Source: Epiperipatus broadwayi (taxonomy: Eukaryota > Animalia > Onychophora). Taken from it: a stretch of 64,000 nt of DNA. The stretch is taken from positions 7,254,001 through 7,318,000 of the forward strand of contig JAQFVV010000006.1 in the NCBI GenBank assembly GCA_028023455.1, in the 5' to 3' direction. Numbering within the stretch: the stretch's first letter is position 1; every line of letters starts with the position of its first letter. Both the position numbers and the translations under genes were made by a program. Positions 53,171 to 64,000 of the stretch are shown piece after piece. Below the pieces are notes generated by a model that was given only the letters and a program-made list of their open reading frames with translations, searched no databases and was not told the DNA's origin.

Positions 53171-55079
53171 AAATGGAATGACAACCTAGCTTCAAAACTT
53201 GGAAAAAACCTAATTACAATTAATTGTTATCGATCATAAGTGTATATACAAAAAACACAAGAAGAATATTCGCACACATGCAATCCTACTCTCAAGAAAT
53301 GGTCAACTGATTAAAAAATATATAATCTAACAAAAAAGACCACAGTAATTTCTTGTACTTCAATTAAGAGCTGAAGACAATTCTATTTGTTACTGGATGA
53401 TACTTCTTGTTGCAAGATCAATCCATATTCTTTTCCATGGTTTGAACAAACCCATGCTAACATCAGCAAGCACAACAAAAAGAAGAGGTCACAATAATTT
53501 TACTCTACTCCTTTCTTTCAGAACATCAGAAAGGATCTTTTTCTTAATAACAAACTCTTTTTTTGGATCCAAGTAAAGTTTTTGATTTCATCCACATGGA
53601 TAGTTGATTGTTATTACTATTATTATCAAAGTGACACCTCTTCTAATGCCATCTATTGAAAGCTTGAATAATGAGCGATTTGCAGACACTTTATTGCATA
53701 TTAAATCTTCATTCTCGACTTGTTTTTAGTTTTTTGCTGTTATCAATATGCTTTTGGGAATTAAACTTGGAAGCAACACAGTGAGGCATCCATATACAAG
53801 CTAAAAGTCTGAAATTCAAATCAGCTTAAGGTTTTGAAATTAAGTCAACATGCTTGAACAATTAATCTGATTGCAGTACTGTAGCTACATATTTTAGTAC
53901 TCTGTTTTTTTATTAATAGCAGCTACTTTATTTCCCTAGCTAGAAATGCTAATAATAATGGTAAGTCACTGAATTTTCCAATTCACATATGTTAAAGCAA
54001 AAAGAAAATCTCTACTCTTCTGCCACCTGCTGTGAGTTTCAGTAATCAATGATTATCAGACACTGATATATTTTTAAATGTCCACAAACAGATAGAAAAG
54101 AAAGGATGATGCTAAAATATACAGAAACTAAACTTTCAGTAAGATTTATATAAATATTCAAGCATGTTGACTTGGGTTCAAAACCTTAGGCCGATTTTAA
54201 ATTTCAAATTTTTATCTTGAATGATAAAATGGAATTAAAAGTGATTGTTGATAAGGCTTCCAAATTATGACTCCAAAGAGGCATCGACACAGCCAGAAGC
54301 TGAAAATCAGCCTGGGATAAAAAGGGGGGTATCTATAAAATTTTCAGAGCAGACTATAGTTCAAAACCTTAGGTTGGTTTGTACATCAGACTTTTAGCCT
54401 TAATGGTAAAAAGAAGTTAAAGACGATTGCTTAAACGCACTGGTTCAGAACTTTAAATCCAAAAAACTTATTAATGAAAGCAAAAGTCAAAAAGTGATCC
54501 AGAAATGAAGACTTAAACTGCAATACAGTGATTGGAAATTATTGATTACCCATATTTACAGTGCTGATGATATACCATATATTGTGCCAAGGTGAAGAAT
54601 TAAATGATTTATTTATCCTTATAACCAAAATATATCAGCTGCTTCTCAATCCTCATTGATGTGAACAGAAAAGGTGAATTAGTAGTGTGTGCTAATAGTA
54701 GCAGAAAATGGGCTGCAGATTATCAGCCCCATGATTTATCTGTGGGTTCTTTCATATTCATACAAATAAAATTTAGAAGTTAGAATTGGTCAAGAAATTC
54801 TCAAATGATAGACTTTGTCCATATGAACCTCTGTTTTAACCCAACCTTAGAAAAAAATATTAACAGCTAAATCATGTGACAGGTAATCTGAAGTCTCTAT
54901 TGGTGCTACCAGACACAGTGGCAACAGCTTCTGAGCCATTCTTATTACTCAAATGATGGCAGGTAAGATCCAGCTGACTTTTGCTGTGATAAAATAATAA
55001 CCGGCAACACGCACACGTATTTCATGGATAATTTTTTTTGCTGTATGATCATCATTTTCAACCAATAGTGATTCACTGC

Positions 55080-55230
55080 AGGTTGATAGTCTCCAAGTTT
55101 AATCCTCTAGTCTTTCTTCTCCGTATCACATCAGCAAACTTCTTTGTTTTGTTCATCCATCTCACATGTGGTCTCATTTCTTGGAATTAGGTTTAAGAGT
55201 TCAACTGTCCACATTTGGTAATAATTTTCC
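55080..55230 (-). mobile_element. RTE LINE 3' fragment
   Basis: Similar to the 3' ends at 4.0 and 11.0 kb (ccatctcacatgtggtctc). Confidence 0.55.
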
Positions 55231-55566
55231 ACTTGTTATTTTTTATAACAGATTCTTAATAAAGTAATACATGAAGTGACAAATCCTTAGCTTGTAATTT
55301 GTAATCCACTGAATATTTCTATCATTTATGGTAGAGAAAATTGTTTCAATAAATTTTACATTAGCAATATTTAATATGTAAATTTATTTTAATATATTTG
55401 GAAATAATACAACAGTGATTTTTTTAAACAAATATTTTAATAAAATTCGTATTTTTGTAGTACGGCATACAAAATGGCAAATATTTCATTAATACTACTA
55501 AGTCTACTGAACAATTCTGTTATTCTACGTAATATTGATTTTTCCTTCATTTGAACTTATTAATTC

Positions 55567-55744
55567 GAATTCAAAAATGTTTGTTCATCTGCGTAACAAA
55601 GTGACGGTTTCTTTCTTCCTTATAACCTAATTCAAGGGAGCTACGATTATAGAGAACTTCACCGAAAGTACATTTCATTAGGTTATAATAAGAAAGAAAC
55701 CACTTTGTTATGCAGCCGAACAAAACATTTGAAAATTTGAATTC
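55567..55744. mobile_element. MITE-like element with about 65-bp imperfect inverted arms
   Basis: taacaaagtg..gtttctttctt..ttataacctaat / attaggttataa..aagaaagaaaccactttgtta. Confidence 0.7.
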
Positions 55745-55849
55745 TGTTATTTACAGAATTAAACAAATCAAATGCATAAATTTTACATTATCAATATTTA
55801 ATCAATACATTTTAAAAGTGCGTATTATTTTTTAAAAAAAAATTCTCAC

Positions 55850-56014
55850 CTCTTCCGTGAAGGCAACAAAATTGCTTTCCGCTTCAGCAATGAGTTTATG
55901 AAGCATTGACATAGCCGAACTTGTCTGCACACGCATCAGTGGACTAGACGTATTAATTGATGTGGAATTTCCGGATGTCAAAGTAATTGACGCAACAGAT
56001 TGAGATCGGTTTTT
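55850..56014 (-). CDS. Internal coding exon of unidentified multi-exon gene (KNRSQSVASITLTSGNSTSINTSSPLMRVQTSSAMSMLHKLIAEAESNFVAFTEE)
   Basis: Acceptor ttctgtcttag, donor GAG|gtgaga, 165 nt open in phase 0-0, GC-enriched and CpG-containing relative to flanks. Confidence 0.75.
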
Positions 56015-58782
56015 CTAAGACAGAAATGTATAATTAATATAAATATACGTTACTAAAATGAATGATCAGATTTACTATTTGAAAATCTAAAAACTATATG
56101 GACTGCACAATAAAAAATGTGAGAAAGATTGGGGTGAAAGAACACCAGGATGCCCCAAAATAAGGGAGATGGATTCTATCATTGTAATTATAAGTATGCC
56201 TTTGAATACTAAAAAACAAATAGATGTCAGAACATTCTGAGAAAATGTTTCTTTTACGAAAGATAGATCGTACTTAATTATATTATTTTATAAAATCTGT
56301 AAAAAAAATCATGTTTCATGTAATTGTAGACATTTTGGAAGAATTTTAGTAGTAACCAAAATATTCAAAATTTTTTAAGAAAGCTATCACAGTTATACAC
56401 ACAAAATCATTCTGTCGGCTATTATAGTACAAACTATTTAGTTCAATTAATCTGTAATTATTTTTCTTTTATTATTAAAATAAGGGGTTTTGTATAATGT
56501 ACATCTACTGATAATTTCCTATCTATCTACATACATTTATTTTTCTTAAATTGTAATAATTATTCTCCCCTTCAATTAATACAATATCCAAGGAAATGGG
56601 AAGAAAGTGTTAGATTTTGTTGTTAAAATCAGGAAGCTAATCTTAAAATGAGATTTTCAAGACCTCCTCTACTTGAAAGCAGATTTGAAAAGTGATCACA
56701 GAAAGGCCAAAAAAAAAAAAAATTAATCCTATGAAGAACCTAATATTCTGCTCTAGAATAACCTAATATCTGTTTGTTTGTTTTTTTACAAAATATATTT
56801 CCTTTGTAAAAATATTAAATAACATTATATAAAGAAAAAAATGTATAGATCATTTTTTTCCTTCTAATTGCCTAAACCATTGCACTTAAATGGCATATGT
56901 GTTATATCTAGTATGCGCACATACACACATGACAATTTATACATTTATTTATTTTTTGACTATGCAGCTTTGTAACGTAACTAATTCAAGCTGTTATCAG
57001 ATTTGTTCTGATACAGTATCTTCTAAGGCAATCTAAATAGTTCATTTTTGGGCTTTACCATTTAATTTGACTCATTTACCAATGTTTGTTTTACTAATGC
57101 ACTGAGGTTCCTCAATATTAGCTATTAAATGCTTCTAATCCTTATCTAATGTTAGCAACATGTCCTGATTGCTGTCGCTAAGGCTTTACTGAAAGTCTGC
57201 TTGATGCCTGACTGTGTTTCTTTTTTGGGAAACATTAACATTTTTTGTGACAGTTAAAATACTATATATATATATAGTATACATAAAATAAAATATTGAT
57301 TATGGAATAATTATTGTAATAAAAATAACGAATTATAACAGTGGTAATATATTTTATAAATAGCAATGATAAACTGCATTTTGTTTTCAGTTGAAGAAGG
57401 TAAAGAAATTAACTGAAAGTACTTCTGAGGTTTATTATTGCTATTTATAAAATATATTATCACCGCTATGATTCTTTATTTTTATATATAGTATACAGGA
57501 TTTATACTAACCATTGGTGTGTGAGTGGCATCCAATTTGATACTTTTCAGAGCTTCTGTTGAGAGGTTTCTTTTTAAAACCTAAAATAAATAAGATTTAA
57601 AATAAACCACAACTGAAAAACAAATATCACACTGTATTCATTACAAAGGTATATATACAAATAAAAGATGATCTTTGAAATGTTTCTCTAAAAGTTGAAG
57701 ATAATGATATTTTAGGAATCCCTAACATGTTAGGCTATTTCCATTAACTAAGATTAAAAGTTAAATGTCTTTAGGAAAATTCAAACTTTATTTCAACTTT
57801 TCAAATGCACCCTGCTGTTAACAACAGCACACAGGTTGTATATCATGCAACACACTGAGTGGTATAATGATCCTCTCTTCTTCAGGTAGGGTTCACCTAA
57901 CTAGCAACAATACTAGTACTTCACAAATGTAAAAGTCCAGCTTCAACTACCATGGTAGTAAAGTCGTGGGTCAGGCCAGCAACACCCGAAGAAGAGAGAA
58001 AAATAACACCACTCAAAACATTGAGCTATGTACTAACATGCTAAGAGATGAAAATATTTAAAAAGCTTAAATAAAGTTTACATTTTTCTATAAATCATTT
58101 AACAGTTCATGTTAGATGATGACAAAAATCTGTCATGTAATTACAATTAATCTTTGAGATGGCTACACTTTACAACCATGGTACAAAAGAAACATAAATA
58201 TAACTAAAAAAGTCCCAGTAAGAGCAAGAAAGCAACACAGGCAGTAATAATAGTAACCATTAGTAAATTCATAAATAACATGCATATAAGGTAAAGTAAA
58301 AGTTATGAAATAACTAGTGCACACTGAAGATGTTTCCCTCATAGAGAAATAGGGAAGGCAATGAGCATCAAGTTTTCTAATCATCAGACAATGATTATTT
58401 GAGCATTTTTCTGTCAGTGTTTTTCCTATCTAACTAAGAATAGCTAGATACCCATTTACCAACCAATATTGAAGGTATAACTGAGTTGTCCATCAAAAAA
58501 CATAACAAACACTTTATTGCTGGAGAATATATAAAGAATTCGAGTGCCAACAATTTCAGAAACGGAATCAATCTGAGAACTTTAGGTCCAGAATCTGACA
58601 CTCTACTCTACTACTGCACCAGACTATTTAGGACAAACTAAGCAAACAGCTTTATTGCTTAGGATTTTATAAGAAATTTGAGGACCTCAAGTACCAAAAC
58701 TGGAATCTTTTTAAGAACCCTTATATTTTCTGAGCAGGGCACTCTATTACTATGTTAAACCACATATAGTAGGTCAGCTATA

Positions 58783-58857
58783 ATTACTGTTATAAGAATA
58801 ACTTATAACTTTGTTTATCCATTACTGTTATAAGAATAACTTATAATTTTGTTTATC
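58783..58857. repeat. 38-bp tandem duplication
   Basis: attactgttataagaataacttataa(c/t)tttgtttatc twice. Confidence 0.9.
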
Positions 58858-58924
58858 AGAAGTTTCAATTCTTGACAATCAGCTATCTTTGCTCCAGCAT
58901 AAACCATTTTATCTCCTGAATTGA

Positions 58925-59390
58925 TAATACTTATAAACTGACCACATATAAAATATTCCATTATATCTCCATTTGAACTCAGACCTTCAAGCCACCTTCA
59001 CTATCCACACTATCTCATACTACTGATACACATGACCACACACATGCAGAAAAGATAAATAATCACCAATATACATACTTCGTGCTAAGCCAGCACTCAT
59101 CAGTTGGTCCAGATTACCATCTCCCATACATATATACAATCAGCACTCAATCTATATTAAGATAGCAAATCATTACACTTTAATGGACAGGCTTCAGCCT
59201 ACTCCAACTTCCAACTCTTCAGCCATCCATACCATTGAAAATATGATGACAGAATTCCCAAATCCCATGCGGATGCCAATTATTGTTGTCATACCCATGT
59301 TGACCTCAAGTCACTCCAACCCCTCATGTATAGGTAGGACAGTATCCATTTAAATACACAGAGGGAGTAAGCAGAAGGCAGGCAATATAT
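58925..59390 (-). mobile_element. Family B monomer with near-intact hammerhead (about 59065-59115; GAAG instead of GAAA)
   Basis: Minus strand CCAA-CTGATGA-GTGCT-GGCTT-AGCAC-GAAG-TATGTATA-TTGG. Confidence 0.85.
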
Positions 59391-59433
59391 AAGATTTGAA
59401 ATACCAGGCACTGCCTGGTATTTCAAATCTTAT
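59389..59433. repeat. Perfect palindrome, 22-bp arms and 1-nt centre
   Basis: ataagatttgaaataccaggca-c-tgcctggtatttcaaatcttat. Confidence 0.95.
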
Positions 59434-60959
59434 CTCCATTTATAAATTAAAATAACTGCATTAGTCAATATACATCCTATATGTAACTTATCATCTATAT
59501 TTACAATTAATCCCTCCCACTACCGCTATCATCGTATTCTTAAGAATAATAAATTTATTCATTTATTTTTTCAGGAAATAAACAAATATGATATATACAC
59601 CATACAAGAAAGATATATTGAGTGAGAAATTTAATTATAACTGATAAAGTAAAAAATAGTATAAAAGTAAGAAAATAAAATTCGTAAAATATTATTTTTG
59701 TGGACAACTGTATTATAGTAAATAATATTTTATGTGCTTTTAATTTTATATTACATTTTGAAATTCCTCACCCAAAATTGTTCTTGTTGTGAAATTATTT
59801 ACGGGCTACTTTGTAAATAATGAAAAAAGAAGGCGTAGAAGCAAAAGAAGAGGAGGGAGAAAAAAGGAGGGGGATAAAATAGAAACAATTTACGATGGCT
59901 ATATATATAACGCAATAAAATGCACACAGCATGATAGCTTGCCAGATCTGGATGAATTTACAAAAAAAAAAAAAGAGATCTAATATAATCATGCTTCTGA
60001 TAAAAATATTATAAAAGAAGATGAATTAATCTCAAGAACATCTTAACTGAATTTAAAATCAATGAAAACTGTTTCCTGTTTACATTTTAAATAAAAGATT
60101 CATCCTTCCAATTAATTTTTAATAACTATTGATTTGGAGAGAATTTAAAATCATTACAGTTAATACGAAAATAAATATATATATTTTCAAAATTAATGTT
60201 TTGTTGAATAACTCGAACTGTGACTTTTTAATCTTAACAAAAAGTCGATAATTTAATATATAGGAAATATTTAGAAATGATCACTTATTTATTTATTTGA
60301 AATCATGTGCCTTTTGGATTATAAAAGACATTATTTATTTATAGTATGGGTTTTATTTATTTATTTATTTTTTAAAACAGCGTAACTATTAATAAAATAT
60401 AAAAGAACTTGTGGGGTTTCAATCAGGCGACATAATCACTAGTGACTTTATTAAGTCCTTCAATTCCACCACTTTAGCCACAGATTTAACTATTATTAAT
60501 TAGTGTGTGTGTCCACATCTGATCGGTCGCTGTTAAATTCTGATTATAAAGTAGATGAGCACAACTACAAGTTAGCCTGAATCTATTGATAAGACTCCAA
60601 TAATGTCTGGGAAGAATAAAACCAGATGGCTTTGTTGTTGGTTCTGAAAAATAAAAAAAATATTTGGAATCTCTTAAAAAAAGTCTATTTTTAATGCTGT
60701 AATTCTATTCGTAGATTTTTACTTGAACATCTAAAAAGGAGCTTAGTTTGAGATAAGTTGTAGTTGATGAAACAATATCTTCAGTTATTAACAAGACGAT
60801 CTATTAAACAGCTTTTTGTATGTTTTTTGTGAGACAACTTCTCTTGATATCTGATAGTAACAACTGTCTACAAAGGGTGTAGAGCCAATAAGAAATCACG
60901 TGATTCTCATTTATATCATGCTGTTCAGCAATGGATTCTTTCCCCCTTCACCACATTTT

Positions 60960-62700
60960 TGCCACTTAGTGTAAGCTTTAGAAATCAATAGATGCCCCAT
61001 CCTTATCTAATGCTATTCAATGCAATATCCCCAGACTAATTTCTAGCTTATAGATTATATAAGTGAGGAACTTTTGAATCTGGGAGCAGGGCACCTGGAT
61101 ATTTTGGATCTAATGTACTTTTACTTCTACCGGCCATTTTTTTCTCCTTTCTTTTACTTTCAAGATACCAGTCCAAGTTTGAAAATATATTAATGTTTTC
61201 AATCAAAGCCAGCCTATTTCCTTAGTTATGTAAATCTAAAACCAATTCAGTATCTACACATTTTAGTGTCCTTAATTTTTTAATAATTATAATCACTTTC
61301 ATTCTTTGGCTAGAATCTGATATAAAATCAGTTTGATGTCACATGCTTTCTGCTTATATTATGTTGTTTAGCAGCAAATTCTTTTTCTTCCACCACATTT
61401 TTATCAGCTGGGAGAAACTTCAGTAATCAATATATGCCAGCTGGTAATGCTTATTAAATCTCTATCCAATGCTGTCTCATCCAATATCCCCAGAATATTT
61501 TCTAGCTTCTCACTTTCATCAATGAACAGCTTTTGGATAGGACAGCACTGGATAGTAAGAACTAACATAAACAAAGCAAAGCAAAACTCCATACAGTAGT
61601 GCCACCTGTGCTAAACAGAATAATCAATGGATGCCAGAAGGCTTGTGCATAAAATCCCTATCTAATGCCTACTCATCCAATATCCCCAGACTAGTTTCTG
61701 GCTTGTGGCCTTCGTCAGTGAGGAGCTTTGGATCTGAGAGCACTGCATCTAGATCTTAGGATCTAATGCAACCCCCTAGCAACCACCTTTTATCTCTACT
61801 TAACTACAAAACTATGAGCATGAAATTGAAAACATAAAAAATATTTTCAATCTAAGCTCAATAGCTTATATAGTCATATGGGTCTGAACTCAGTTCAGCA
61901 CCCATACATTTTGGTGTCTTTGGCTCTTTAACAACCATAGCCACCACTACCCTATTAGGCAGGATTGGTGTTAAACCAGCAAGCATCACATGATCACATC
62001 TCCAATACTAGCACATAATTGTTTATAAACAAAGCAAAGCAAAACTCCATATTTGTTTATAAACAATTATATGCTAGTATTGGAGATGTGATCATGTGAT
62101 GCTTGCTGGTTTAAGAACTAACATCTGACATCTATTGACTACTAAAACTTACATGCCATGTGGCTGAGAAAAAAGTATTTGCTGATAAACAACATGATAT
62201 AAGCAGAAGTCATGAGATATCTTACTGGTTTTACACCAATCCTAGCCAAGAAATAAAGGTGGCTATAGTTATTAAAAAACTACGGTCATGGTAATATATG
62301 GATACTGAACTATACAAGCAATTTGGCTTAGATTAAACACTTTAATATGTTTTTTTCCAATTTGGGCTGATAATTTCACAGTAAAAACAAAGAAGTAGAG
62401 AATGGTTGCCGGAGGAAGGGTTGCATTAGATCCAAAAAATCCAGGTAAACCATTCCCTTATCCAAAACCTCCTCATTGACAAAAGCCAGAGTCTGAGAAT
62501 ATTGGATAGAAAAAAGCTGGATATCGATTTAATGAGCACTATTATCAACACTTACTGATTACTAAAACTTATACTAGATGACAAAAATGTAGTGGAAAAA
62601 AAAGAACCTGCTTCAAAGACCTTGTTTGTTGTAAAAAAAATCATACCAATATCTTTCTTCATATTAATCTAATAAAATAGGCTTAAGATAACTTAAAGAA
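60960..62700. mobile_element. Family A cluster: old minus tandem (459 bp), younger 458-bp minus monomer, inverted piece and diverged plus copy
   Basis: aatatcccc at 61024 and 61483; taaacaaagcaaagcaaaactccata at 61568 and 62026. Confidence 0.85.
61683..61724 (-). ncRNA. Family A hammerhead with intact core and 6-bp helix I
   Basis: TCCTCA-CTGACGA-AGGC-CACAA-GCCA-GAA-ACTAGT-C-TGGGGA; A.A mismatch at the base of helix II. Confidence 0.8.
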
Positions 62701-63194
62701 AGAACTGTCCGATACTTCAATTAGATCAGGATTATCAAATACGCCAACCTGCCCACCACATATATCATTAAACTTTGGCACTACTAATCAATATATGTTA
62801 ATACATTATGCTAAAGATAAATAGTCATAGTTGATCTCATTTTATCAATTTCAGGAATGAAAATAATTTTAGTAAAGAACAAAAGTGTACAAAACATGAA
62901 TAATTAGAAATAAATTATATGCTCTCTCCAGATTAGCCACCCCAATATTAAGAAAATATGAACTGTCTGTTTATAGAATGAACCTAGAAGAAAATTCTTT
63001 TTCTTTTGTTAAGTTTGACCCACTAATACTTTGAATTTTTGGTATTTTTTTCCCCCTTCCTACTAGTTAAATTTGTTATAAAATAATTTTTTTATTTTTA
63101 TTATCAGAGATCCAAAACACCATAGATAGATCACCCATAAACTAGATGGCAAAATTGGTCCAACATGTACCAACAAAGATTATTTAACCCATTA

Positions 63195-63955
63195 TATCTT
63201 TAACCACTGAACATCACATGATCACTATTCTTTATGCTTACACAAGCTGTTTACACAGAGACTAAACTCTCCATACAGCAGCACCACTCAGTGTAAGCCA
63301 GAGCAATCAATGGATGCAAGAAGATTTGTGCCTAAAATCCCTATCTAGTGCCTACTCATCCAATATTCCCAGACTAGTTTCTAGCTTTCATCAGTGAGGA
63401 GTCTCAGATCTGAGAGCACTGCACCTAGATATTAGGATGTAATGCAATTTTTCAGCAGCCACCTTTTACCTTATCAGCTAACTATAAAGCTTTGAGCCCA
63501 AAATGAAACCACAATGTTTTTAATTCAAGCTGATTAGATCATGTGATGTTTAGTGGTTTAATAGCAATCCTACCCAATAGGATTATGAAGATTGTGGTTA
63601 TTAAGTAACTAAAGATACCAAACTGTATGGATGCTGAACTGAGTTCGGATCTAAAAACTATACAAGCTAATGAGTGTGAATTTAAAATGTTATGTGTTTT
63701 CATTTTTGGATTCAAAGCTTTAGAGTTAGTTAATAAGGTAAAAGGTGGCTTCTGGAGGGTTGCATTAGATCATAAGATCTAGGTGCAGTGCGCTCAGATC
63801 CAAGGCTCCTCACTGATGAAAACCACAAGCTAGAAACTAATCAGGGGATATTGGATGAGTAGGCACTGGATAGGAATTTTATGCACAAACCCTCTGGAAT
63901 CCACTGATTACTCTGGCTTGCGCTGAGTGGCGCTACTGTATGGGGAGTTTAGACA
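63195..63955. mobile_element. Family A head-to-head composite with hammerheads at 63366-63400 (-, helix II deleted) and 63807-63848 (+)
   Basis: Two arms are mutual reverse complements over about 300 bp. Confidence 0.9.
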
Positions 63956-64000
63956 TTATATCTTTACTAGTAAATATTAAAAATTTTGTTTGGAAATATT

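Noticed and set aside
58163-58384. Hydrophobic minus ORF resembling a membrane-protein segment
   Set aside because: No convincing splice sites; hydrophobic frames arise easily from T-rich DNA

Overview
Very AT-rich metazoan (probably invertebrate) genomic DNA, mostly intronic. At least 6, possibly 9, exons of one unidentified multi-exon protein-coding gene lie on the minus strand between about 56.0 kb and 3.2 kb. The gene runs off both ends of what I can assemble, and I cannot name the product. The introns are full of decayed mobile DNA: RTE-clade and other LINEs, two Penelope-like (GIY-YIG) remnants, tRNA-derived SINE heads, several MITEs and one TSD-flanked hAT MITE resembling SPIN/URR1. 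The most striking content is a set of non-coding repeat families with ~360-480 bp monomers, each carrying a type I hammerhead ribozyme motif whose helix III is reduced to a palindrome (dimer-type). Family A has the core CTGATGA..GAA-ACTAGT-C and family B has CTGATGA..GAA-ATATATAT-A; about 25 motif copies are present, most of them degenerate. They occur as tandem monomers and as head-to-head inverted composites with 3' ends pointing outward, and tRNA-like Pol III boxes appear inside the monomers. This is a retrozyme-like system, probably mobilised by Penelope-like elements. All motif and structure calls were made by eye; nothing was folded, aligned or searched computationally.
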